From: a bacterium
GTDB taxonomy: Bacteria > Electryoneota > Electryoneia > Electryoneales > Electryoneaceae
Direction of reading: 5' to 3'
DNA: 64,000 nucleotides
NCBI GenBank assembly: GCA_963669175.1
Contig: OY769902.1
Coordinates: 928,001-992,000, forward strand
In this document: piece after piece, positions 49,276 through 58,897 of the stretch
Position numbering within the stretch: position 1 is the stretch's first letter
How the letters are laid out: the number at the start of each line of letters is the position of its first letter
Position numbers and translations under genes: made by a program
The notes under the pieces: model-generated
The model's database searches: none
What the model was told of the DNA's origin: nothing
What the model saw: the letters and a program-made list of their open reading frames with translations, nothing else

Positions 49276-50172
49276 ATGATGGAAAAGCTTCCCCTTGGTA
49301 TGGTTCAACCAGGCATGGCGCTGGGTGAAGGCATTTTTGTGAATGGACGTCTTCAATTCAGAAAAGGGCGTATTTTAACCTCCTCGGACATCCGTGAGAT
49401 TCGTTCCCTGGGCATGTCTTCTGTTGGGGTTGACAGCGACTCCATGGAGCAATTCAAGCGTAAGGGCACCATCACAGATCAGACTCGCGCCCTCGCCGTA
49501 TCCAAGGTTCAGAATGTGTATCAGGATTTCGAGAACCTCTCTCCCGCTGCGTACAAAGAGATCCATTCGGTCGGGGAGCAGATTGTAGAAGAGATCCTTG
49601 ATGTCGGTGAATTGCATATCACCGCGCATGACTTGCGGTCCTATGACGATTATACTTACAGGCATTCGGTGAATGTGACCGCGATATCGGTAGCCATTGC
49701 CCACACCTTGCAATACTCTCGTGACGACCTGAAGCAGATCGCGGCGGGCGCCCTCTTGCACGACATCGGCAAGATGAAAATCCCTGAAGATATCCTTCGT
49801 AAAAATGGGAAACTGGATACGGATGAGGTAAGAGTTGTACGTCAGCACCCGGAATGGGGATTGGAATTGATGGCGGAAAAGACTGCCAGCCGTCCGGTTA
49901 TCTGGGGTATCGCCCATCAGCATCATGAATCCTGTGATGGCAAGGGGTACCCGGAAGGCAGGAAAGGTGAAAAAATTCATCCCTGGGCGCGTGTAGTCAT
50001 GGTTGCCGATATCTGGGATGCCCTGCGAAGCGAACGCCCTTACAAGCAAGCCTGGTCCCCGGAAAAGACCATGACTTTCCTGAACAGCGCAGAGATGAAA
50101 CCCAAGTTGGACCCTGAACCGCTCAAGGCCTTGAACTGTATGGTAAAGCTGCATGATGAAGTGTTAGATTAG
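49276..50172 (+). CDS. HD-GYP c-di-GMP phosphodiesterase
   Basis: HSVNV, LLHDIGK, HHE..DGKGYP, DALRSERPYK; start reassigned to the MMEK ATG. Confidence 0.9.
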   Translation: MMEKLPLGMVQPGMALGEGIFVNGRLQFRKGRILTSSDIREIRSLGMSSVGVDSDSMEQFKRKGTITDQTRALAVSKVQNVYQDFENLSPAAYKEIHSVGEQIVEEILDVGELHITAHDLRSYDDYTYRHSVNVTAISVAIAHTLQYSRDDLKQIAAGALLHDIGKMKIPEDILRKNGKLDTDEVRVVRQHPEWGLELMAEKTASRPVIWGIAHQHHESCDGKGYPEGRKGEKIHPWARVVMVADIWDALRSERPYKQAWSPEKTMTFLNSAEMKPKLDPEPLKALNCMVKLHDEVLD

Positions 50173-51164
50173 TGCCAGTTGAGCCGGAAGAACTTCCAAC
50201 CAGAGCAGTCGTTATGTTTTCTCTCACGCGAGTAACACTTGCACTGGGCGGTGTGTTACTGTTGCTGGCAACAGTCGTTGTGGTCTGCGCACAACCGCCG
50301 GAACGTCTGATCGCAGTGACCTTTGATGATTTACCGGTAGTGCGTGGCAACACGGTCGAAATGGAACGTGTTACCCGAACCCTTTTAGCCAAGCTTGATT
50401 CGTTGTCCATTCCTGCTGTCGGTTTCGTGAATGAAAAGAAACTGCCCGGCAAGGATGAAAGTGATTCGCTTCGGCATGTTGTCTGTCTTGAAGCATGGCT
50501 ACAGGCTGGCCAGGAGCTGGGCAACCACACCTTTTCCCATGCAGACGCCAACAAAACTCCCTTTGAAGACTACACTGCCGATGTCCTGAAAGGTGAAACG
50601 GCGCTACGACCATTAACTGAAAGTTATCACAGTCCCTTGCGGTATTTCCGTCACCCGGTGCTCCATGCCGGCCCGACCGCAGGATATTCTGACTCGCTGA
50701 ACTGTTTCCTTGAAGAGCATGGGTATGAGGTGGCGCCGGTTACCATTGACAACCAGGACTGGATGTTCGCCTACGTTTATGAATATGCAGTTCATAACGG
50801 CGATACCGAACTTGAAGAAAAGGTCTGTGAGGCCTACATACCCTACATGCTGGGAATGGTTGACTTCTTTTCCACACAGGGCGATGCTGTTTTTGAGCGT
50901 CCCATTCCGCAAGTTCTCCTGCTGCATTCGAACAGTCTGAATGCAAAAATGTTCGATTCCCTGGCGGTGCGTCTTATGGAACGTGGGTATCGCTTTATTT
51001 CCCTTGAAGAAGCGATGCAGGATGAGGCCTATTCAACGAAGGCCGGGTTTACACCGCGCGGGATGTCCTGGATATACAGGTGGGCGACGACCCTGGAGGT
51101 AGAATTGGCCGCGGAACCCCGGGAGCCCGACTGGTTGAGAGAAGCTTATCATCATTTGCGTTAA
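50172..51164 (+). CDS. Exported polysaccharide deacetylase (NodB/CE4)
   Basis: TFDDLP, GNHTFSH, YFRHP, LLLH; hydrophobic signal (the true start may be 50214). Confidence 0.87.
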   Translation: MPVEPEELPTRAVVMFSLTRVTLALGGVLLLLATVVVVCAQPPERLIAVTFDDLPVVRGNTVEMERVTRTLLAKLDSLSIPAVGFVNEKKLPGKDESDSLRHVVCLEAWLQAGQELGNHTFSHADANKTPFEDYTADVLKGETALRPLTESYHSPLRYFRHPVLHAGPTAGYSDSLNCFLEEHGYEVAPVTIDNQDWMFAYVYEYAVHNGDTELEEKVCEAYIPYMLGMVDFFSTQGDAVFERPIPQVLLLHSNSLNAKMFDSLAVRLMERGYRFISLEEAMQDEAYSTKAGFTPRGMSWIYRWATTLEVELAAEPREPDWLREAYHHLR

Positions 51165-51242
51165 AGCACTTCGTTTATTCGATTCGTTGCCCTATATTCA
51201 AGCTGATTCGGAGAATTGACGTTCAAAAGGGGAGAAAAGGGC

Positions 51243-52133
51243 ATGAACCTGATTACGAAGCTTGATTTCGATGGCCTGTTATGCGCGGCGATGATTGGAC
51301 AACGCGAAGATCTTGGAGAAATCTATTTTTCAACCCCACGAGAAATTGAAAGCTTTTCTGTTCCTTTTGAAATTAAAACGGGTGACATTCTCGCTCACCT
51401 GCCTTTTCACAAAGATGTTTCCATGTGGTTTAACAATAACGACTGGGAACACATCAGCGCTGATGTGCTGAACAATGTGAATGGCCGATGGGGCGAGGCC
51501 TGCTGCACCGCTGAATTGGTCAAGCTCCATTATGAAGATCCTGAAATGGATCGTTATGACGAGCTGATTGAAGTCGCTTCACGCATTGAGTGTGCGAATC
51601 TGACCGAAGAAGATGTGCTGCATCCGTCAGGATGGATGCTGGTCAACTACACCCTCGACCCACGTTTCCCCGCAGACCGTGACTATGGCGTCAAGCTTGC
51701 CGCCCTGATACGTGAAGGCAAGACCGCCGAGGAAATCCTCCAGACGCCCGAAGTAGCGGCTCGTGTGGAGAAGTACAAGAGTGAGGAGCAACGGTTTGTT
51801 GAGGAGTTGAAGGCGAATTCCAGGGTTGATGCCAACATTATCATCACTGATTTTCGTGAGATGGAAGTTGCCCCTCGCCCCAACCGGTATCGTATTTTCC
51901 TCGAGTATCCCGAAGCGAATGTTCAGGTCAGGATAGAAAAGCATCCTTCCAATCCGGCAGAAATCCTGGTATCAGTCAGCAAGAGTATTTTCAACCGTAC
52001 TCTGAAGAAAACCCACCTGGGCCAGTTGATGGAACAGTATGGCGGTGGCGGTGTGGATGGCGCCGGAACCTGTACGTTCAAGGATAAAATCGACCTGCGC
52101 TTGAAGCTGTTACTTGACGCCCTGAAGCGTTAA
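51243..52133 (+). CDS. DHH/DHHA1 exopolyphosphatase/nanoRNase-like protein with degenerate catalytic motifs
   Basis: LITKLDFDGLLCA, LPF, LDPR, SIFNR and GGGG..AGTC family hallmarks; the DHH position reads NNN. Confidence 0.72.
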   Translation: MNLITKLDFDGLLCAAMIGQREDLGEIYFSTPREIESFSVPFEIKTGDILAHLPFHKDVSMWFNNNDWEHISADVLNNVNGRWGEACCTAELVKLHYEDPEMDRYDELIEVASRIECANLTEEDVLHPSGWMLVNYTLDPRFPADRDYGVKLAALIREGKTAEEILQTPEVAARVEKYKSEEQRFVEELKANSRVDANIIITDFREMEVAPRPNRYRIFLEYPEANVQVRIEKHPSNPAEILVSVSKSIFNRTLKKTHLGQLMEQYGGGGVDGAGTCTFKDKIDLRLKLLLDALKR

Positions 52134-52157
52134 TCATTCTCACGTATAGCAGTACGC

Positions 52158-53399
52158 ATGACCACCAGAACAAAACATCCCAACCCCACCCGTCAGGAGA
52201 TTCTGCTTGACACGGTGGGGTTGTTGCATGTGGGAAAGCAACAAAAGCGCCTGGCTTTTGCGAATGATCCCCTGTTGAAGGAGGTTGTGTGGTCGCAGCA
52301 ACTTGGCCCCACACTTTTTCACCAGGCCGGACCGGCACTGAAAGACACCCTGCCGGAAAAAGCATACACACGTTTGCAGCGTGAATACTACGAAGCCCTG
52401 CGTGCCCACATGGTCTGGAACAAGACTGTCAATGATGTGCTTATCACATTTTACGCGGAAGATATTCCTGTTCTCTGCCTGAAGGGAATTGTGCTGGCGA
52501 ATACGGTCTATGCGCCGGGTGAACGGACCATGGATGATGTGGATCTGTTGATTCATCCGGGTGATCTGAAAAGGGCGGCCCGCGCGCTGGAAGAGACGGG
52601 ATTCCTGCCGACACGTATTCCCATTTCAGCCATGACAAAAGGATTCCAGCGCACCTATACGACCGCGACCTTCAAGAAAAAAGGCTTTCCCTGGGCCGTT
52701 GAACTGCATTGGAAATTGTTTCACCCCAGCGCGCCGTTTACGGTTCGTGATGAAGATTTGTGGTGCAGTTCGCAACGGATATACGGCGAAGGAATCGCGC
52801 TGAATGCCCCACCTTGGGAAGCCTTTCTGCTGCACCTGGCCCTGCATGCTTCGTATGGACATCGTTTCAGCCCGGTCAGGCAGGTGTATGATATTGCTCG
52901 ATTGATACAGGTAAAAGGCGAGGAACTGGACTGGGACGAGATACGCCTGCTGGCAAAAGCCTGGAAATGCACGAATGCCCTGGCGCTGACCCTTCGAATC
53001 TGCCATGCTCTTTTTGGAGTTCCGCACACGGATGATGCGAAGGTGCAGGCATGCATGACACCCGCATCCAATTCCCTGGTTCGTTATACACTTCGTACGT
53101 ATTTAGGAAGTCCGCCCAGAGTAGCCGAATCAGACAGCATGCACCTGCATACACTTTTTCAACATGGCGTGTCCTGGCGTGCTGTGGGATTTCTCCTGAA
53201 CCTGCTTTTTCCTTCGCCGACAATTCTTGTCCATCAGTACGAATACGGAAAGAACAGGAGCCAGTTGCCGGTGGCCTATTTGTCGCATTGGATGACTTTG
53301 TTCAGGAGGAGTCTGAAAATGCTGCCGGGACAGGAAAGCAAATCGAAAACGCAGGGCGGCCGAAGCGAAAAATGGCAACACTGGCTGGGCGCTGAATGA
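52158..53399 (+). CDS. Uncharacterised nucleotidyltransferase family protein (NTP_transf_5-like)
   Basis: LKGIVLA..Y....R.MDDVDLLI, VELHWKL, HLALHA, YDI. Confidence 0.8.
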   Translation: MTTRTKHPNPTRQEILLDTVGLLHVGKQQKRLAFANDPLLKEVVWSQQLGPTLFHQAGPALKDTLPEKAYTRLQREYYEALRAHMVWNKTVNDVLITFYAEDIPVLCLKGIVLANTVYAPGERTMDDVDLLIHPGDLKRAARALEETGFLPTRIPISAMTKGFQRTYTTATFKKKGFPWAVELHWKLFHPSAPFTVRDEDLWCSSQRIYGEGIALNAPPWEAFLLHLALHASYGHRFSPVRQVYDIARLIQVKGEELDWDEIRLLAKAWKCTNALALTLRICHALFGVPHTDDAKVQACMTPASNSLVRYTLRTYLGSPPRVAESDSMHLHTLFQHGVSWRAVGFLLNLLFPSPTILVHQYEYGKNRSQLPVAYLSHWMTLFRRSLKMLPGQESKSKTQGGRSEKWQHWLGAE

Positions 53400-53514
53400 G
53401 ACTTTGCGGAAGATGTAATTCAGAAAATCTCTTGACAAGTTATCTCGAAACGATCATTTTGCGGAAACAAAACCCACCCGTTCGGGTGACAGAGCCAACC
53501 ATCGGAAAACATAC

Positions 53515-54165
53515 ATGTCCAACTTGCTGACAGCGGATGATCCGGCGCGAACAGGCGTATTGATTGCCTTTGAAGGCATTGACGGATGCGGGAAAAGCAC
53601 CCAGGCCCGGATGCTGGGAGAATGGCTGCGGGAACGTGGTGTGGATATCCTGTTCACATTCGAACCGACCGATGGCAAGTTCGGGCAGGAACTGCGACGT
53701 TCGTTTTCCGGCGAGGAGCGTCTTATCCCACGGCGTGAGCTGGAATTGTTCGTCAAGGACCGTCAGGAACATGTGAATACGCTTCTTCTGCCCGGACTGG
53801 CGAAAAAACGGGTGATCCTGCTGGATCGGTATTATTATTCTTCCATGGCCTACCAGGGATCAATGGGCTACAAATCACCCGATGAAATCTACGCCATGAT
53901 GACTGCATTCAGCCCGGTGCCTGATGTAACCCTGCTGTTCGAGATTTCCACGAATACCTCCCACAATCGCATTACCCGTTTCAGAAACGATGATCCGAAC
54001 CTGATGGAAAGGGTAGACAACCTGGAGCGTGTGAAGAAGGTCTTTGAGGCCATGGACCTGCCGGAAATTGTTCGTGTCTCGGCCAACGGCAGCAAGGAAG
54101 AGGTATTCGAACAGGTGCTGGCTATTGTGAAGCCGGTGATCAGCAAAGTGGTTGAATTGGACTGA
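53515..54165 (+). CDS. tmk: Thymidylate (dTMP) kinase
   Basis: FEGIDGCGKSTQ, EP, DR..H, LLDRY..SS.AYQG. Confidence 0.93.
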   Translation: MSNLLTADDPARTGVLIAFEGIDGCGKSTQARMLGEWLRERGVDILFTFEPTDGKFGQELRRSFSGEERLIPRRELELFVKDRQEHVNTLLLPGLAKKRVILLDRYYYSSMAYQGSMGYKSPDEIYAMMTAFSPVPDVTLLFEISTNTSHNRITRFRNDDPNLMERVDNLERVKKVFEAMDLPEIVRVSANGSKEEVFEQVLAIVKPVISKVVELD

Positions 54166-54209
54166 TTACGTTTTAAAGTTATTGTTTTTCATAGTGAAAA
54201 AAGTGGTTC

Positions 54210-54532
54210 CTCACAAGAATTTGTGCATCCGGGCAATGTTGTGGCAGGTCTTGACGCGACATTTCGTCTTCGACTTTTGCTGTGTTTTCCAGAATGCACA
54301 ATGATACTGAAACCACCTCGCGCCCTGTTATTGTCGCGTTGTGACCTGCCACCTGATTCAACATTCTCGCTGTCGTCAGGTCACAACGTGATGCCTGATG
54401 ACGATCCATCAAGCGAAATAGCATGTGTGAAGTCGGACAGGTGTCTGAAATTGCGGAGAAGAACGCGAAAACGGCATCACGTCAAGACCTGACGAAACGT
54501 ACTCGTAGATAATACGCACAAATTCCTGTGAG
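54210..54532. repeat. Four-box element, family C (CAGGTC boxes) with 17-bp outer inverted repeats
   Basis: Outer IR CTCACAAGAATTTGTGC / GCACAAATTCCTGTGAG; boxes at 54243, 54337, 54375 and 54480. Confidence 0.8.
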
Positions 54533-54612
54533 CAGCCAAAAAAGTAGGCAGTGAAAGAAGTGAAAAAAGAAAAGCGAGTTATAAAGTTCTATAGTTGATC
54601 AGAAAATGCAGG

Positions 54613-54840
54613 CAGCAAAAGGGGACTGTTTCCTTTTCGTCGCGCGAAGGTGAAATACTTCGTGACAAAGAGAATCGAAAAGGTGACTGTACCCTTTTGC
54701 CAGTAATCAGGTACAACGCTCTATTCTACTATCCAGTAATCAGGTCTCCTCACATCGAAAAGGGTACAGCTTCCTTTTCCGCAAGGCCATCGAGAGTGTC
54801 CTGAATATGACGCGGGGAAAAGGATTCCGTCCCCTTTTCG
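54613..54840 (-). repeat. Four-box element, family B (copy 3, inverted)
   Basis: Four AAAAGG...CCTTTT boxes homologous in order to those of 18036-18226. Confidence 0.8.
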
Positions 54841-54872
54841 TGCCTGTCTTTGTCTCGCAAGACAGTATGAAA

Positions 54873-55030
54873 CCCGACAGCAAGCAGTCGGGCCAAACAG
54901 TTTTCAAAAAGAACATGGCTTTTTCTTAAAGAATCAGTCTTTTTATCCTTCCAATCCTTATCATCCATTCCATCCTGAAAATGCAATCAAACCTCATCCT
55001 TGCTATCCTTCCATCCTGTTATCCTGTGAG
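54873..55030 (-). repeat. REP followed by two AGGAT arrays
   Basis: CCCGACAGCAAGCAGTCGGGCCAA; ATCC(T) repeats at 54944-54977 and 54994-55030. Confidence 0.8.
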
Positions 55031-55050
55031 ACATGTGAGGTCTGTGAGGC

Positions 55051-56406
55051 CTACTTGATTACAGGAAGGATCACTGTAAACACACTCCCTTTTCCCGGTT
55101 CGCTCGCGACCTTGATTTCGCCTTTGTGACGGTGTACCACCTGCCTGCAAGTCGCCAATCCCCACCCAAGCTTGACCCGCTGGGAACGTCGCTGGAAATC
55201 AAAATCGAACAGTTTTTCAAGCTGTGCCGGCTTGATGCCACGTCCTGTATCCCGGATCGCAATCAGGACACGTCCATTTTCGTGCTGTGTTTGAATCGTG
55301 ATCGTTCCTGCGCCATCAATGGCTGCAATCGCATTGGATACAAGGTTCAGGAACACTTGGTTCAGTTCGCCGGGATAGCAGTTGATCTCCGGAATATCCT
55401 CATACTCCCGGATGACTGTGATCCGATCCCCAAGATCGTGCTGCAAGACAGTGAGGGTGCTGTCCAGCCCATCACGGAGATCAACCTTTTTCCGCTCCGC
55501 TTCATCCACACGGCTGAATGTCTTCAGGCTGCGAATGATGGAATCGATACGTTTTCCTGCAGTCAGGATGGTGGCGTTGCTGTCACGCATCAATCCTAAC
55601 GCCTGCTGGAATTTCTTATCGTCACGCAATACGTCCAGTGATTGCGCCTGTTCCACTTTTTCTTCGACCCTGTCAACAGCACGCTTGATGACATCGGAAG
55701 ATGAAACAACAGCGCCGATTGGAGTATTGACTTCATGGGCCACTCCGGCGACCAGCTTGCCGAGCGCAGCGATTTTCTCCGTATTGACCAGACGAGTTTG
55801 GGCTTCACGCAATTCGTTCAGGGCATTGGCCAGTTCATGGTTGGCCGCTTCCAATTCCTCGGTACGATTCTGTACCATCCCCTCCAGTTCGCTCATCTTC
55901 AGCTTGGCCTGGAGCGACAGGTTCCATTTTTCAGTCAGGGTGCTGGCGAGCTGATGGACCTCGGTGGAATCAAAAGGCTTCCGAAGGAATACAATGTCAT
56001 CGTTAGGGCCAAACTCCTCGAAAATATCTTCCCACACATAATCGGCATAGGCGGTTGATATGACGAATTGGAGACGGGTATCGATTTCACGAATGCGTTT
56101 GATTGTTTCAATCCCATCGATCCCCGGCGGCATGCGGACATCCATAAAGGCGAGTGCAAATGGCTTGCCATCGGCATTGGCCTGGCGCACCATTTCGACC
56201 GCTTCTTCACCCTGGAAAGCCGATTCTATTTCATAGGTCGGCAATTCCGCTTTTGTTTCCGATTCGCCAAAAAAGTCGGCTTCCAGGGAGTCAAACTCGG
56301 CGCCTCCTATATCCTCAAGGGCGAGAATTTTTTTGTAATCGTCATGAAGCTGTGCCTGGTCATCGACCAGGAGAATACGCAGGTTTTTTGAGACTTCTGG
56401 TTCCAT
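55051..56406 (-). CDS. Hybrid receiver-histidine kinase (REC + HisKA + HATPase)
   Basis: ILLVDD, AFMDVRMPPG, KPF; AGVAHEVNTP, NLVSNA, DTGRG, GWGL, GKGS.F. Confidence 0.9.
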   Translation of the reverse strand: MEPEVSKNLRILLVDDQAQLHDDYKKILALEDIGGAEFDSLEADFFGESETKAELPTYEIESAFQGEEAVEMVRQANADGKPFALAFMDVRMPPGIDGIETIKRIREIDTRLQFVISTAYADYVWEDIFEEFGPNDDIVFLRKPFDSTEVHQLASTLTEKWNLSLQAKLKMSELEGMVQNRTEELEAANHELANALNELREAQTRLVNTEKIAALGKLVAGVAHEVNTPIGAVVSSSDVIKRAVDRVEEKVEQAQSLDVLRDDKKFQQALGLMRDSNATILTAGKRIDSIIRSLKTFSRVDEAERKKVDLRDGLDSTLTVLQHDLGDRITVIREYEDIPEINCYPGELNQVFLNLVSNAIAAIDGAGTITIQTQHENGRVLIAIRDTGRGIKPAQLEKLFDFDFQRRSQRVKLGWGLATCRQVVHRHKGEIKVASEPGKGSVFTVILPVIK

Positions 56407-56417
56407 CCTGTCCTCAA

Positions 56418-58454
56418 CTACTCTATCGGAAGTGTAAAGCTGAAAGTCGCGCCTTTGTCCGGGCCTTCACTGGAGAAGGTCAGGCTGCCGCCCATCTCGC
56501 GGATGGCAATAGCGCAACCATGCAATCCGTAGCCATGCCCGTCTTTTTTGGTTGTGAATCCATACCGGAAGATTTTATCCTGGTCTTCCTCGCTGATCCC
56601 CCGGCCATTGTCCGTAACCTCGACCTTGACCTCGCGGACACCATCCCCCAGCAAACGGGCGCGGATGATGCGTTCCTGCCTGCCGCTGTCACGGACAGAA
56701 TCACGTGCATTTTTCAGCAGGTTGATCATAATCTGGAGGACACGATGTTTCTCAATTTCGACCGGAGGCAGTCGTTTGGGTTCTTCCACTTTGAAATCGA
56801 TATGATGACGTTCGAAAGACGCATCGAGCAACTTCACTGCATCCTGAACAAGTTCACGCATGACCACAGTTTCTTGTACTCCCGCGACCCCTGCATAATT
56901 CTGTTGTACGGCGATAATCTGACGGATATGCTCATGGCTTTGGCCAAGGGTGTTGATCTCGGAAAGTAAACGTGTACGTTCGCCATCCAGCACACGAGTC
57001 AGTTCTGTCATGAACCCGGCGAACTTCTGGCCTTGAGGATCATTTTTGATGTAAGACGCGAAATTTTCTTCGTTTTGCTTCACGACCTGGGCCAACTTGG
57101 TCAGTGTGTTCAACTTGGATTTTTTCAGGGTTTCACGAATGACTGTGGACGATGTGGTGGCAGCGTTCAGGACATTGCCCACATTATGCAGCACACTGGT
57201 GGCAATTTCCGCCATGCCTGCCGAGTGCGCCTGTTCGACAAGCTTCTGCTGCGCGATCTTCAGCTCTTCTTCTGCCTGTTTGCGTTTGGTGATGTCGGAA
57301 TGGGTGCCGACAATCCGGTGCGGCCGCCCGCGTTCGTCCCGTTCAACAACCTTGCCACGAACCCGGAACCAGATGTACTCGCCATTTTTATGACGCAAGC
57401 GTTTTTCAAGTTCGAATTCCGGTTGACGTTCCACGAACTCAACCAACTCCTTGTTTGAGAATCGCTGGTCGTCAGGATGGGTCAGATCTGCCATGCCACT
57501 GGAAGAAGTGGGCAATTCTTCAGGATCATATCCCAGAAGTGAGGTGTAACGTGGGCTCAGGTAATAATCATCCGTTTCGACATGATAGTCCCAGATTCCG
57601 TCATTGGCGGCATCGAACGCCAGCGCCAGCCGTTCTTCGCTGATTTGCAGCCGTTCCTGGGCTTCCTCTCGCGCTTCGATATCCGCTATCAGGTTCTGCT
57701 GCATTTTCCGGAAAGACTCGGCGAGTATCCCGAATTCATCATCGGATTTGAAAGAGATTTTCTTGGAAAGATCACCGGCAGCCACAGCTTCAGTGGCCGC
57801 TGTCAGATCCTGGATTGGTCTCATGATGACAATAGTAAGCCCGACAGAGAGTATAGCGATCAAACCCAGGATGACAATGACAGAAATGGTGACGGCAAGG
57901 TTCAGCTTCTGGCGAATGTGTTTCACATGTTCGAACCGTGCTGTCATCATGTCAAAGCTTTGAATGGTCTGCGCCTGCAAGTCGTTGCGGAGAATCTCAT
58001 ACATTTCATTCATATAGGCGGCGTTGGCGAATAGCTCGTCGTCAAACTCTCCCTCAATCATCCGCAACGTGGTTGATCTTGCCAAGTCGTAGTACTCTGT
58101 TATTCTCTCGACGTAGGTTGTTGAAACCTTCTGCCCCAACCCGTTGTACGCAGGTTCGCTGGTCAGCAGGTTGTTGATTTCCTTAAATACCGAATCTGCT
58201 CCCGCAACAAGGTCTGCATCGCCCACTGTTGCCGCATCCTTGAAATAATTGTGCATGGCGACGATGTTGTCTTCCAGACGGTTGGCGACATCAAGCGCCG
58301 GGAAAAAGCGGGAGCTGAGGAGGTCGATCATTCGCCCGGTCTGAAAAGATGCCAACATGAGGATACCGACCAGGACAATAAAACCGGTCGCAGCAACCAG
58401 TGGTGTTGCAATGATTTTATGGCGTACGGTCGCTTTGTGTCTTCTGTGCCGCAT
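56418..58454 (-). CDS. Membrane sensor histidine kinase (periplasmic domain, HAMP, PAS)
   Basis: Two TM helices, HAMP, PAS (DGIWD..HPDD), VLHNVGN H-box, NLLKNA, DNGRG, GHGYGL. Confidence 0.9.
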   Translation of the reverse strand: MRHRRHKATVRHKIIATPLVAATGFIVLVGILMLASFQTGRMIDLLSSRFFPALDVANRLEDNIVAMHNYFKDAATVGDADLVAGADSVFKEINNLLTSEPAYNGLGQKVSTTYVERITEYYDLARSTTLRMIEGEFDDELFANAAYMNEMYEILRNDLQAQTIQSFDMMTARFEHVKHIRQKLNLAVTISVIVILGLIAILSVGLTIVIMRPIQDLTAATEAVAAGDLSKKISFKSDDEFGILAESFRKMQQNLIADIEAREEAQERLQISEERLALAFDAANDGIWDYHVETDDYYLSPRYTSLLGYDPEELPTSSSGMADLTHPDDQRFSNKELVEFVERQPEFELEKRLRHKNGEYIWFRVRGKVVERDERGRPHRIVGTHSDITKRKQAEEELKIAQQKLVEQAHSAGMAEIATSVLHNVGNVLNAATTSSTVIRETLKKSKLNTLTKLAQVVKQNEENFASYIKNDPQGQKFAGFMTELTRVLDGERTRLLSEINTLGQSHEHIRQIIAVQQNYAGVAGVQETVVMRELVQDAVKLLDASFERHHIDFKVEEPKRLPPVEIEKHRVLQIMINLLKNARDSVRDSGRQERIIRARLLGDGVREVKVEVTDNGRGISEEDQDKIFRYGFTTKKDGHGYGLHGCAIAIREMGGSLTFSSEGPDKGATFSFTLPIE

Positions 58455-58462
58455 TGATGACC

Positions 58463-58885
58463 CTATTTTAAGTGAAGAGTTTTCACGCCATTGAGCGGAG
58501 TGGAAATGTCTATATAACCAATCGCACCGGGTGTTTTTGATACGTAAATCATCAATTCTTTTTCACTATCGAACGATTTCGGTGGAATACCACGCCCGGT
58601 AAAAACAGCTTGGCGCCAGAATGTCATAAAACGCACTGTATTGGAGTGGAGCAGATCGGACACAAAAGTCTCGTGTGTATCACCCTGTTTCAGCATTACC
58701 GGGATAATTTTGCTGTTGTCCGGCCAACGAGAAAGCTTGCCCAGGTAAATTCTTTCCAACGCATCATTCTCTATTGCATCAGTGGTGACGTCCATGTGAA
58801 CAATCACTTTCACTTGAGCAAATGCGTCCGAGGCGCCTAGCGTCATCAGGCAGAAGAGGATGACGGCTGTCAGAAAATGTTTCAT
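58463..58885 (-). CDS. Small periplasmic protein (single-lobe PBP2-like, 'phosphate ABC substrate-binding' look-alike)
   Basis: Signal peptide; VIVH, IYLGK..W, W...VFTGRG.PP, V..TPGAIGYI. Confidence 0.75.
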   Translation of the reverse strand: MKHFLTAVILFCLMTLGASDAFAQVKVIVHMDVTTDAIENDALERIYLGKLSRWPDNSKIIPVMLKQGDTHETFVSDLLHSNTVRFMTFWRQAVFTGRGIPPKSFDSEKELMIYVSKTPGAIGYIDISTPLNGVKTLHLK

Positions 58886-58897
58886 CTTGCCATCCTC

